Positions 1 through 8,732 of a stretch of 48,939 bases of DNA are shown piece after piece; positions within the stretch are counted from its first letter, which is position 1, and every line of letters starts with the position of its first letter. A model generated the notes under the pieces. It searched no databases. It saw only the letters and a program-made list of their open reading frames with translations, and was not told the DNA's origin. Origin of the DNA: Bdellovibrio sp. ZAP7 (lineage in GTDB: Bacteria; Bdellovibrionota; UBA1018); contig CAMBEX010000001.1 in assembly GCA_945865865.1 (NCBI GenBank), positions 1-48,939 on the forward strand, written 5' to 3'. Made by a program: the position numbers and the translations under genes.

Positions 1-1
1 G

Positions 2-1690
2 ATCTTTTTCGAAGAGGCGCCCCCACTTCTTAAGCGCCGGATCTACGTTGAGCGGGAAATTGAAAAGGCCGCAGAGCTGGTGATTCAGCGACTTAAGACG
101 GCGGGTTATCTAACGGCAAAACTGGTGACGGTGAATCGTCGATTCAACCCAGCCAAGGACCGGGTTTCAATCCGACTCTATTTGTTCGAAGGGGATCAAA
201 CCCTGGTGCGCAGCGTCCGTTTGCGGGGGAGTAGCGCAATCGCCGCTGCACGAGGGTTGGAGCTTCTGAGGGTAAAGGAAGGATTGCCACTCAACCTTTT
301 TTCGTTCGGCGAGGGTCTGGAGGCGCTCAAGGCCGCTTATCGGGCGAAGGGTTATCTTGAGGTGGTAATCGCGCATGAAGGCAGCGATCGAATTGTTCGT
401 TACTCGGATAGCAATCGAACTGCCGAAGTTGATGTCGAGGTGGTGGAAGGAGTTCAATCGCGTGTCTCAAAGATCACCATTGAGGGCTTATCGGCAACTC
501 GCGAGTTCGTGGTGTTGCGAGAACTTCCTTTTCATGAGGGAGATGTGCTTGCCGAACCTTTGATTGCCGAAGCGCAAACACGTTTGAGACGCCTTGGAGT
601 ATTTTCGAACGTGACACTACGAGTTCTGGAACAGCCCAAGGAGCCTTCACGGAAAATAGTTCAGGTGTTTGTGCAAGAAGGAACTCCGGGACTGGTCGCT
701 GGCGGCATCGGTTATCGCAATGACTTGGGAGCGCGTCTCTTCGCACAGACGGCCTACACCAATATTGGCGGTAGAAATCAAACATTGTCCTTTAACTTGG
801 TTTCCAACCGACGATTTGTCGAAAGACGCGTTCCGGTCGAATATCAGGCTCAGGTGGGTTACGTGTGGCCTTGGTTTGTTGCAGAAGGCGTGACCCTTCG
901 CCCGACGATGAGCTTTGAGCGCGCACAATACGCAAAGTTCGACGTCGCATCACTTTCATTGGCGGGTACGATCGACAAGAGGCTCCTGAGAAACCCAAAT
1001 CTTTATGCGGCCTTTACCTACAGTCTCGAGCGAACCGAACAAAATGCGCCCGACCCCCTAGATGACCAAACTCTCACGATCGGCGCACTGTCCCCGTCAA
1101 TAAGGCTCGACATGCGCGACAACCCGCTAGCTCCGACCCGTGGATTTTTTGGAACGCTCACCTATGAGTGGGCGGACCCGAGTTTTTTCTCCCAGGCTGC
1201 GCCGTTTCCTATTGGCTACACTCGCTTTCAGATGCGAACCGATTATTTTGTGCCGATTTCAGCTGGAATTACGGGGTTTTTTAGTTTTCGCACCGGAATC
1301 GAACGCAATACGCAAGTGAGCGATGACCCACGCGTGGCCATACCGCTTGTCAAACAGTTTACGGTGGGTGGGGCTGGAAGTCTTCGCGGATTCAAGGAGC
1401 AGGAGCTCAACCTTCAAGACATCGCGATCCGCGGAACCGCTGCCTATGTCAACTACAGAGCGCAGCTCGATTTACCGATTGCCGGCGCCATGCGTTTCGG
1501 ACCGTTCGTGGATGCAGCTAATTTGACCGTGGACAGATTTTCGCTGACCGAAGAAATGCGAATCGGGGCGGGAGCCGGAGTACACTACCAAACACCGGTG
1601 GGTCCGGTAAATTTTGATCTGGGATTTAAAATCAAGCCGCGGCCGGGCGAGAGCCCCTACCACTTCTATTTTTCTATCGGGATTATTTAG
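2..1690 (+). CDS. Omp85/BamA-family outer-membrane protein, 5'-truncated by the window edge
   Basis: The frame of the listed 80..1690 ORF stays open back to nt 2 (IFFEEAPPLLKRRIYVEREIEKAAEL...), so the GTG at 80 is internal. POTRA-like segments (e.g. SRVSKITIEGLSATREFVVLRELPFHEGDVL) are followed by a long beta-barrel region with Omp85-type motifs (VGGAGSLRGF; RIGAGAGVHYQTPVGPVNFDLGF). Confidence 0.8.
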   Translation: MFFEEAPPLLKRRIYVEREIEKAAELVIQRLKTAGYLTAKLVTVNRRFNPAKDRVSIRLYLFEGDQTLVRSVRLRGSSAIAAARGLELLRVKEGLPLNLFSFGEGLEALKAAYRAKGYLEVVIAHEGSDRIVRYSDSNRTAEVDVEVVEGVQSRVSKITIEGLSATREFVVLRELPFHEGDVLAEPLIAEAQTRLRRLGVFSNVTLRVLEQPKEPSRKIVQVFVQEGTPGLVAGGIGYRNDLGARLFAQTAYTNIGGRNQTLSFNLVSNRRFVERRVPVEYQAQVGYVWPWFVAEGVTLRPTMSFERAQYAKFDVASLSLAGTIDKRLLRNPNLYAAFTYSLERTEQNAPDPLDDQTLTIGALSPSIRLDMRDNPLAPTRGFFGTLTYEWADPSFFSQAAPFPIGYTRFQMRTDYFVPISAGITGFFSFRTGIERNTQVSDDPRVAIPLVKQFTVGGAGSLRGFKEQELNLQDIAIRGTAAYVNYRAQLDLPIAGAMRFGPFVDAANLTVDRFSLTEEMRIGAGAGVHYQTPVGPVNFDLGFKIKPRPGESPYHFYFSIGII

Positions 1691-2675
1691 CCTTTGGTTT
1701 TTTTGAGAGCGCCATCAAGCTCAGAAACTCAAACACCAACGCTGCACCCAAAAGTGACGTGAGCTCGGCATGATCGTATGCGGGTGAGATTTCAACGAGG
1801 TTAGCCCCCGCAACATCCAGCCCCTTGAGTTTGCGAACGCATTGGAGCGCTTCAAGACTGGTCATTCCGCCGACCACTGGTGTGCCTGTGCCCGGAGCAA
1901 AAGCGGGATCCACTCCGTCGACGTCGAAAGAAATGTAGATGGGTTTTTTAGCTGCCGCATTTCGGATTCGGTTAAAAAACTGGTCGCGTTTTTTAGGGTC
2001 GCAAAACGCATCCATGTCGAGGATGTTGATTTTTTGCTCACGCACATATTCTTCCTGGTCCGGCGAAGTGAGCGGGCCCCGGATTCCGATTTGAAAAATC
2101 TCGCTGCCATTGAGCAAGCCTTCTTCGATCGCGCGCCTGACTGGAGTTCCGTGATGGTATTTTTCTCCCCATGCAGAATCCGCGGTATCGGTATGAGCAT
2201 CGAACTGTACAAGCACCACTTTTCCAAAACGCCTGTGAACAGCACGAAGATCAGGGAGTAAGATCGAATGATCGCCCCCGACGCAAATCGCACGTGCCCC
2301 CGCTTCGTGGACCTCACGAATTCGCTCCTCGATATTCTTGAAAGTGATCTGAAGATTGATCGGATTGACGGTGATATCCCCGGCATCCACGACATTGAGA
2401 GACTCGTAAACTGACACGTCAAGGTTGGGGTTGTAATTGCGGCAAAGCACCGAGGCGTCACGAACCGCACGGGGCGCAAAACGGGCACCCGGGCGATAGG
2501 TTGTACCTCCATCGAAGGGCACTCCCAGGAGCGCGACCGAGACGTCGTTTCCTTTTAAATCAGGGACATATGGGAGTCTATTGAAGGTGGCCAGATCCCC
2601 AAAACGAGGGCTTTTCAAAGGGTTCCGGGGACGGTACTGGGGCTTCTGATTTGACGACTTTTTTGGGCTGCTCAT
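1683..2675 (-). CDS. speB: agmatinase / ureohydrolase (arginase family)
   Basis: Ordered Mn-binding ureohydrolase signatures: LLGVPFDGG, QFDAHTDT, GGDHSI, ISFDVDGVDPAFAPGTGTP. The ATG at 2675 (MSSPKK...) is preferred; an in-frame GTG at 2702 is an alternative. The 3' end overlaps the convergent Omp85 gene by 8 nt. Confidence 0.85.
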   Translation of the reverse strand: MSSPKKSSNQKPQYRPRNPLKSPRFGDLATFNRLPYVPDLKGNDVSVALLGVPFDGGTTYRPGARFAPRAVRDASVLCRNYNPNLDVSVYESLNVVDAGDITVNPINLQITFKNIEERIREVHEAGARAICVGGDHSILLPDLRAVHRRFGKVVLVQFDAHTDTADSAWGEKYHHGTPVRRAIEEGLLNGSEIFQIGIRGPLTSPDQEEYVREQKINILDMDAFCDPKKRDQFFNRIRNAAAKKPIYISFDVDGVDPAFAPGTGTPVVGGMTSLEALQCVRKLKGLDVAGANLVEISPAYDHAELTSLLGAALVFEFLSLMALSKKPKAK

Positions 2676-2741
2676 GTGGTTGAGATCATAGGTGAAAAAC
2701 ACGTTGACTTCAACTTACCCCTCCGGTAATCCCAACGTCCT

Positions 2742-3254
2742 ATGTTACAGCAGAAGACTTATCAGGCTAAGCAGTCAGGTCCTCATTTTTTTGAGACCGA
2801 AGGCCCTAATGCTCCCAAGTGGTACGTTGTTGATGCTCAGGACCAAGTCGTTGGTCGTCTTGCAACAGTCATCGCTCGAGTCATTACCGGCAAACACAAA
2901 AGCACCTATACCCGTCACGCAGATACCGGCGATTTCGTCGTAATTGTGAACGCGGACAAGGTAGTTTTCACCCGCAATAAGTGGGAAGGAAAACTTTACG
3001 TCTCACACACCGGCTACGTGGGTGGACTCAAGACTCGCACCGCTAAAGAGATGCTGGCGCGTGATCCAGAAGAAATTCTACGTCAGGCAATTTGGGGAAT
3101 GACTAACAAGTCCAGCCTGGCTCGCCATCAGATGAAGAAGCTCAAGCTTTATGCTGCTGCGGAACATCCACATGCAGCGCAGAACCCACAGGCACTTCCT
3201 GCCGGAGCGATACGTCGCACCGTGCTCGGAACCAAGAAAAAACTCAGTAAGTAA
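2742..3254 (+). CDS. rplM: 50S ribosomal protein L13 (uL13)
   Basis: [28 protein letters not shown]...[11 protein letters not shown] is the classic uL13 N-terminal region. It forms the conserved rplM-rpsI pair with the next gene. Confidence 0.95.
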   Translation: MLQQKTYQAKQSGPHFFETEGPNAPKWYVVDAQDQVVGRLATVIARVITGKHKSTYTRHADTGDFVVIVNADKVVFTRNKWEGKLYVSHTGYVGGLKTRTAKEMLARDPEEILRQAIWGMTNKSSLARHQMKKLKLYAAAEHPHAAQNPQALPAGAIRRTVLGTKKKLSK

Positions 3255-3268
3255 AAGAGTTCAAAAAC

Positions 3269-3667
3269 ATGGAAAAGCAGACTCAACAAAACGGTAAAAG
3301 AAAAAGCGCGATTGCTCGGGTGTACATCCGTCAGCGCGCCACTGAAACGGGCGTGATTCGGATCAACGGGCGCTCATTCGAAGACTACTTTCCTCGTCCG
3401 ACCGCACGCATGTTGATCATGCAGCCTCTCGAGCTGACTTCCACCGTAGGACGTTTTGACATCGTCATCAACGTCAAGGGTGGCGGTAACTCTGGGCAGG
3501 CAGGCGCTGTTCGTCACGGCATCTCTCGTAACTTGATCAAGATCGACCCTTCGTTTCGTCCGGTCCTCAAGAAGGCTGGCTTCTTGACCCGCGACTCCCG
3601 CGAAGTTGAACGTAAAAAGTACGGCTTGGCTGGCGCTCGGCGCCGCTTCCAGTACTCGAAGCGTTAA
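3269..3667 (+). CDS. rpsI: 30S ribosomal protein S9 (uS9)
   Basis: [12 protein letters not shown]..., [19 protein letters not shown] and the C-terminal [25 protein letters not shown] are uS9 signatures. Confidence 0.95.
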   Translation: MEKQTQQNGKRKSAIARVYIRQRATETGVIRINGRSFEDYFPRPTARMLIMQPLELTSTVGRFDIVINVKGGGNSGQAGAVRHGISRNLIKIDPSFRPVLKKAGFLTRDSREVERKKYGLAGARRRFQYSKR

Positions 3668-3693
3668 TCGAGTTTTCTGGTTTCAAAATCAAA

Positions 3694-3738
3694 GGCCTGG
3701 GGAAGCGATTCCCTGGGCCTTTTTTTATATTTTTTTTG
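3694..3738 (+). terminator. Rho-independent terminator after rpsI (possibly bidirectional)
   Basis: GGCCTGGGG (3694-3702) pairs with CCCTGGGCC (3711-3719): 9 bp including two G-U pairs, with an 8-nt loop. It is followed by TTTTTTTATATTTTTTTT. An A-rich tract precedes it, so it could also act on the minus strand. Confidence 0.7.
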
Positions 3739-3774
3739 GAAAAGAGAGGCAGGCGTCCCGGTGGACCGCTTGCC
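3739..3774 (-). terminator. Rho-independent terminator ending the five-gene signalling operon
   Basis: Read on the minus strand, GGCAAGCG (3774-3767) pairs with CGCCTGCC (3755-3748): 8 bp including one G-U pair, with an 11-nt loop. It is followed by UCUCUUUUCC and starts 10 nt after the TAA of the REC-PilZ gene. Confidence 0.6.
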
Positions 3775-3783
3775 TGTTCCGTC

Positions 3784-4527
3784 TTAGTTGGAGTCGGGGA
3801 TGTAGGCTTTGGTCGTGAGCGCGTTAATCCGTTCAATCATCTCGGCTCGACATTTGTCTGAGAGGCTGAAAATCTCGACGCCGATTCCATCAGGCAGGGT
3901 AGTCATCTGATGACCAGAATTCGCCTTAGGTTGGCGACGAATCCATCTCACGACTCCGGTTCCTGAAATTTCCATTTGGCCTCGGACCTCAGTGATCAAA
4001 AAGTTTACTGTTTGTCCCACAGACGGTAATGGCGCTTGAGGTTTGAGCTCAGTGATTGGGAGAAAAAATCCACCCCTGCCGAGAGACAGCAAGCTTCCTG
4101 AAATATGCGCGCAAAGGTTCGTTGATGGAGCTGGCGCCTCGGGTCGGCACTTCCAGCGTTCCTCCATGGGCGAGAGGCATCGATGGATCAGCTCCACGAG
4201 CTGGGCTCTTTTGAACGGCTTTGAAAGGAGGCCGTCTGCGCCCTTTGCATAAAGTTCCTGAATTGAAAATTGCTCAAGTCCCGTCATGAAAAGGAATGGC
4301 TGCAAGCCCGGATCTCTCGCCCTCACCCAGTCCAGCAGATAGACTCCAGGCAATCCCGGCATTCGGATATCCGAGACGATCAAGTCGATAGTTCGACTAC
4401 TCAGAGCGTCAACGGCTTCGGTCACATTCTTTACAAAGATGATCTGATGTCCAAGCTGGCTCAACCTGGGCAAAAGCGCCTCTCGAATGTCCTGCTCGTC
4501 GTCCACAAGGAGAATGGTGGCGCTCAC
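3784..4527 (-). CDS. response regulator: receiver (REC) domain + C-terminal PilZ-like domain
   Basis: REC: ILLVDDEQD..., DLIVSDIRMPGLPG, FLFMTG, LSKPF. The C-terminus has PilZ topology: RWKCR (RxxxR), then LSLGRGGFFL, ...GTGVVRWI..., DGIGVEIFSL. GTG start in a GTGA overlap with the upstream ORF. Confidence 0.8.
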   Translation of the reverse strand: MSATILLVDDEQDIREALLPRLSQLGHQIIFVKNVTEAVDALSSRTIDLIVSDIRMPGLPGVYLLDWVRARDPGLQPFLFMTGLEQFSIQELYAKGADGLLSKPFKRAQLVELIHRCLSPMEERWKCRPEAPAPSTNLCAHISGSLLSLGRGGFFLPITELKPQAPLPSVGQTVNFLITEVRGQMEISGTGVVRWIRRQPKANSGHQMTTLPDGIGVEIFSLSDKCRAEMIERINALTTKAYIPDSN

Positions 4528-4742
4528 AGTTTTGCTCCCAGGGTGTTTCGACGGTCTTCCAAAATTTTCTGAACGGCCTCGAGTGCGCGCATGATTTGTT
4601 CAAGCGCTGGAAGATCCGGACCGGTTTGGCCGTCCGTTTCGTTCTTTTTTTGAATCAAATCCTCCAAGGTAAAAATCGCGGCGGCTAGTGGGCTAGCAAT
4701 CGCATGAAGTGTGTCTCGTTCCTCGCCCAATTGAACGCTCAT
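4524..4742 (-). CDS. 72-aa stand-alone DHp-like (histidine-kinase H-box helical hairpin) protein; function unknown
   Basis: LHAIASPLAAAI (His13) aligns with the H-box of the adjacent kinase (AHEINNPLTVI). A Gly/Pro loop and a second helix (LPALEQIMRALEAVQKILEDRR) follow, and there is no ATPase domain. The ATGA overlap with the kinase stop and the GTGA overlap with the next start argue that it is translated. Confidence 0.55.
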   Translation of the reverse strand: MSVQLGEERDTLHAIASPLAAAIFTLEDLIQKKNETDGQTGPDLPALEQIMRALEAVQKILEDRRNTLGAKL

Positions 4743-6340
4743 TCGGTGACCACCCCGCGGGTTGGAAGGGTAATCACAAAACGCGTGTTCGGCGCTTGAA
4801 GGTCCACGGCCAAGTCACCACGGTGAGCGGTGATGATCCCCTTAGAAACGCTCAGGCCCAATCCGGTTCCCTTGCCGACTTCCTTGGTGGTGAAAAACGG
4901 AATAAAAAGTTTCTGAAGGACAGTAGGGTCGGTAATTCTTCCGCTATCGCTGACGGTGAGCTGAATGACACTTCCCGCATCGATTAGTTTGACCTCAACC
5001 CAAGAGTTGGGTGAGTCGATTACGGCATCAAAGGCATTGTTCAGTAAATTGAGCAGCACCTGCTCGATTTGAATTTCGTCTCCCTGAATCGAGCTCGCGC
5101 TCTCAGGCACAATGATCCGTAACGGGATGCCGTGCTTTTTGAATCTTTCGTTGCAGAGGGCGAGCGTGTTTTGAATCACTTTGCTCAGGTCTACCGATGC
5201 AAAGGGGGCATCGCTTCCGTCCCGTGAAAAATCACGCAGTCCCCGCACGATCTTGGCGATTCGGTCAGAAGTAGCCTCAATTCGATGAGCGAGTTTTCCG
5301 GCATAGGCATGATCAAACTGTTGTTCAGCTACGAGGTCCTGAAGTTCTTCAGAGGTGGCAGAAATCACAGTGAGCGGGTTGTTGATTTCGTGTGCGATTC
5401 CGGCAGCCATCTCTCCGAGTGAGGCAAGTTTTGAACTAGCGAACATTCGTTGCTGTTGGTCGGCGATGGTCTGGGTCCTCTCTTGCACTCGGGTTTCCAA
5501 GGATTCGTTGAGGCGGCGAAGCGTCTCGGCGGACCTCCTGAGGCGCACGAGCGCAAAAATCGTAGCCGCACCAAAAACGAGCGCCAACAAGAAAAGTGCG
5601 GAACTAAAGGCATTGGATCTCTCCTGATCCTTGCGATGCTGAGTGGAGTAGGCGGCAAAGAGTGAGTCAGCATGGTGAGAGGTCGGAAGTGCCAACAGTT
5701 CAGAAACGAGCTCATCCAATAGAGTTTTCTGTGTAGCAATGAGCTTGGCATGTTTCAAAAAGCCCTCTGTGCCTTTCGAAAGGGACCTCGAATTGGATAG
5801 AAAATTTATGAGGGATAAAATTTGTTCTTTGAGGTCTTGGCTTGCGCTGGCGTTGTAAATAAAAAGTTTGTGAGTCAGTGTTTCAGCCCGGTTACGCAGG
5901 GATAATTGTCCCGGGCGAAAGTCGGCGTCGCTGAGTGCGCTGGGCAGGTAATTGAGCGAGTTCTTGAGCACGGAGTTGTTGGACTTGAACTCTTCGATCA
6001 ACTCGATTTTTCGGCTAAAAACCGACTCAAAGAGCTTGAGTTCGGGGGTTTCGTTTGCGGGACCTTTCTTGATTTCCGTGACGGTGTCCTGAATGGATTC
6101 TGCGGCCTGTACGATCGAATCGTAGTTGGGGTGGGAGCGTAGTCGCGCTTCAAGTACCTGGCTGGTCAGCACCGCATCGAGTTCCTTGAGGGTTTTGAGC
6201 GTGGACGCAGTATGCGTGTACTCCCCGAGGTCGCGGAGGTGGGCTTTGTATAAGAGTCCTGCGCAAACAATCAGCAGGAGCATTCCCCAAGCAAAGTGAG
6301 GGACTTTCAGTTTCGGTTTGAGCAGAGTATTTAGATTCAC
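4739..6340 (-). CDS. membrane sensor histidine kinase (HisKA + HATPase_c) with an all-helical periplasmic sensor domain
   Basis: TM1 FAWGMLLLIVCAGLL, a predicted helical extracytoplasmic region of about 200 aa, then TM2 ALFLLALVFGAATIFALV. H-box AAGIAHEINNPLTVI, N-box LLNLLNNAFDA, G-boxes VSDSGRI and GTGLGLSVSKGII. GTG start in a GTGA overlap with the upstream gene. Confidence 0.9.
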   Translation of the reverse strand: MNLNTLLKPKLKVPHFAWGMLLLIVCAGLLYKAHLRDLGEYTHTASTLKTLKELDAVLTSQVLEARLRSHPNYDSIVQAAESIQDTVTEIKKGPANETPELKLFESVFSRKIELIEEFKSNNSVLKNSLNYLPSALSDADFRPGQLSLRNRAETLTHKLFIYNASASQDLKEQILSLINFLSNSRSLSKGTEGFLKHAKLIATQKTLLDELVSELLALPTSHHADSLFAAYSTQHRKDQERSNAFSSALFLLALVFGAATIFALVRLRRSAETLRRLNESLETRVQERTQTIADQQQRMFASSKLASLGEMAAGIAHEINNPLTVISATSEELQDLVAEQQFDHAYAGKLAHRIEATSDRIAKIVRGLRDFSRDGSDAPFASVDLSKVIQNTLALCNERFKKHGIPLRIIVPESASSIQGDEIQIEQVLLNLLNNAFDAVIDSPNSWVEVKLIDAGSVIQLTVSDSGRITDPTVLQKLFIPFFTTKEVGKGTGLGLSVSKGIITAHRGDLAVDLQAPNTRFVITLPTRGVVTE

Positions 6341-7311
6341 CTCGCGTTCCCCTCTGGAGTCTTTCCAGTGAGTGAGCGCAGGAACCTCGAAATCAGTTCG
6401 ATGTCTTTCGCCGAGAGGTCTCGTCCTAGCTGGTACTTGCCCATGATCTTCACGGCATCTTCAATCGTGGAGGCGGATCCGTCGTGAAAATAGGGAGCAG
6501 TCAGCGCTACATTGCGGAGGCTTGGTACTTTAAACCGATGCTTGTCGCTCTCCTTCTGGGTGACGTTGAACCGGCCAAGGTCCCCTCGGGTGAGCTTTTT
6601 TCGGTCGGAGAAAATATTGCCCATGACCCCAAAAACCTGAAACATATTTCCGCCGATGTTTCTACCCTGGTGGCAGGCGATGCAGCCATAGTCCTTGAAC
6701 CGGCGGTAGCCTTCTCTCTCTTGACCGTCCAGTGCGTGAGTTTCGCCTCTGAGAAATCGATCGAATTTTGAGTCGGGAGTCGCCAAGCTCCGCTCGAAAG
6801 TGACAATGGCATTGCGAATGTTATTTTCGTTGGGCTGACTTGAATAAACTTTTTTAAACTCAGCTAGGTAGGCTGGGTCCTGCTGAAGTTTTTGAATGAT
6901 CTGCACCCAAGTCGATGCCATTTCGTTTTCACCATGAAGAGGGCCGTCGAGTTGCTCCTCCAGAGACTCAGCCCTGCCGTCCCAGAACTGCTTGAAATTG
7001 AGAGCACTATTGAAAACCGAAGGAGTATTGAGTTCGTTCTTTCGACCATGAATACCGATCGCCAGGGATTTTCCGTCAGCCCCGCCCCTTTTGAAATCGT
7101 GACAACTGGCGCACGAAATCGAGTTATTGGCAGAGAGAATCGGGTCATTGAAGAGTCGTCGTCCAAGCGACACCTTTGTCGGATTGAGATCTGTTGGGAT
7201 TACGATCGGCTCGATGGGTTCGCTCGTAATGCCGGTCGCGGGACTGAGAAAGAGATGCGCCACGAGGATCATGGCAAGTCGCATGTTGTTGCGCCTCACT
7301 CTCGCCCTCAC
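6337..7311 (-). CDS. secreted di-haem cytochrome c peroxidase / MauG-family protein
   Basis: Signal-peptide-like N-terminus (MRLAMILVAHLFLSPATG). Two CxxCH haem motifs (CASCHD and CIACHQG). CCP-family blocks NTPSVFN, FWDGRA, FKVPSLRNV, APYFHDGS. The GTG at 7311 overlaps the upstream stop; the ATG at 7284 is an alternative start. Confidence 0.88.
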   Translation of the reverse strand: MRARVRRNNMRLAMILVAHLFLSPATGITSEPIEPIVIPTDLNPTKVSLGRRLFNDPILSANNSISCASCHDFKRGGADGKSLAIGIHGRKNELNTPSVFNSALNFKQFWDGRAESLEEQLDGPLHGENEMASTWVQIIQKLQQDPAYLAEFKKVYSSQPNENNIRNAIVTFERSLATPDSKFDRFLRGETHALDGQEREGYRRFKDYGCIACHQGRNIGGNMFQVFGVMGNIFSDRKKLTRGDLGRFNVTQKESDKHRFKVPSLRNVALTAPYFHDGSASTIEDAVKIMGKYQLGRDLSAKDIELISRFLRSLTGKTPEGNAR

Positions 7312-8720
7312 GTTGCACCTGCTTTTCGTCTTAGGGTGTTGAAAAGCTCCAGATTAGAGGGGTAGCGAAAAAGAGAGATCAGGGCCTTCATGCAGTCGTG
7401 ATCAAAGCGCTCGACACCGATGGAGAGTATTCTATTGATCGCGTTTTCTGCTGTCATGGGCGGCCCAGAGGACGTTTGCATGGCGAGTTTGCAGAACTCG
7501 TTGGCAAGACATACGACCCGCGACATGGGGTGGATTTTATCCTTTCGAAGTCGGGATGGAAAACCAGAGCCGTTTTGATTTTCGTGGTGCTGGTGCACGA
7601 TCTGGAGAATGTCGGTGGGGATGCTAGAAATCTGAGCCAGGATCTCAGTGCCACGGCCCGTGTGGCTTTCGTACAGGATGACCTCTTCAATGGTCAATTC
7701 AGAGCGTGCTTTTTTAAGAATCGAAGGCGAAATTTCTTTTTTTCCGATGTCGTGAAAAAGCGCGCCGGCAGCCACTTTGAAAAGGTTTTGTGGGTTTTTC
7801 CAATGGAGTGCTCTTGCGATGAAAGCGGAGTAAAAACTCACGGCCACGGAGTGAGCGTAGAGTGGCTCTGAGTGTGACGCTAATGCGGTAAGAAGGTGAA
7901 GGAGTTCGGGTTCGTCACTGAGTGCTGAAAGTGTCGATTCAACGATCGTACAGGTGTTGCGATATAAGTTTTCGTCGAACTCGCTTTGGTAAAGCGCTCT
8001 GAGCACGGACTCAGATGCAACCTTCAAAAACTGAATTTTTCGATCGCGAGTGATGAGCGCGTTCGAGGTGAGTGCTTGAGCAACCGAGATATTGAAGCCG
8101 ATGTATTTCCGGTAGTCTTCCTGGGTGAGGTAGAGAAAAAACAGGCCTTTTTCGCGATAGGAGCGAATGCGCTCGATGGAGATGTCCTCGCCTCCGTGTG
8201 CGACTCTCAGATATTTTTCGGCTGACAGTCGGACATGAATGTCGTAGCGGATCTGGCTTCCGGAGACGAAGTCATCGATTGGAATTCCGCAGTAGAGGCT
8301 ATCCAGATGAGCGGGCTTTGCTTTGGGTTCCAGCCCAGAAAAGCAAGCCGAGAGGGCTTCTAGAATCGCCTCTGCCTTGAACGGCTTTGGCAAAAATGCC
8401 TTCGCGCCCAGGTTGTAAGCTTCTTGAGTTTCAAGAAGGTCTGCAAAGCCCGTGATCAAAATCACCGGCATGGGGCGAGTTTCATTGATCCACTTCAGGA
8501 GCTGAAGGCCGTTGAGTTCGGGCATCTGAATGTCTGAGATTACGGCTGAGTACACTGAGAGCGCGATGAGTTGCTGGGCGTGTTTTGCGTTTTCTGCGCA
8601 TTCCACTTTGTAACCATGGCTCTCGAGACAGCGGCTGAGCGCAAGCCTGAAGTAATAGTCGTCATCCACTAATAGAATTTGGCGCTTGGGCGATGGATCA
8701 GTGTTTTGGGTCGAAGTCAC
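7308..8720 (-). CDS. response regulator: REC + HD-GYP-type domain (putative c-di-GMP phosphodiesterase)
   Basis: REC: ILLVDDDYYF, AVISDIQMPELNG, ILITG, LPKPF. HD-GYP: ALFHDIGK and HQHHENQNGSGFP (GYP appears as GFP). GTG start at 8720 preceded by GGAGAA with a 9-nt spacer. Confidence 0.88.
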   Translation of the reverse strand: MTSTQNTDPSPKRQILLVDDDYYFRLALSRCLESHGYKVECAENAKHAQQLIALSVYSAVISDIQMPELNGLQLLKWINETRPMPVILITGFADLLETQEAYNLGAKAFLPKPFKAEAILEALSACFSGLEPKAKPAHLDSLYCGIPIDDFVSGSQIRYDIHVRLSAEKYLRVAHGGEDISIERIRSYREKGLFFLYLTQEDYRKYIGFNISVAQALTSNALITRDRKIQFLKVASESVLRALYQSEFDENLYRNTCTIVESTLSALSDEPELLHLLTALASHSEPLYAHSVAVSFYSAFIARALHWKNPQNLFKVAAGALFHDIGKKEISPSILKKARSELTIEEVILYESHTGRGTEILAQISSIPTDILQIVHQHHENQNGSGFPSRLRKDKIHPMSRVVCLANEFCKLAMQTSSGPPMTAENAINRILSIGVERFDHDCMKALISLFRYPSNLELFNTLRRKAGAT

Positions 8721-8732
8721 AGCGAGCGATTC

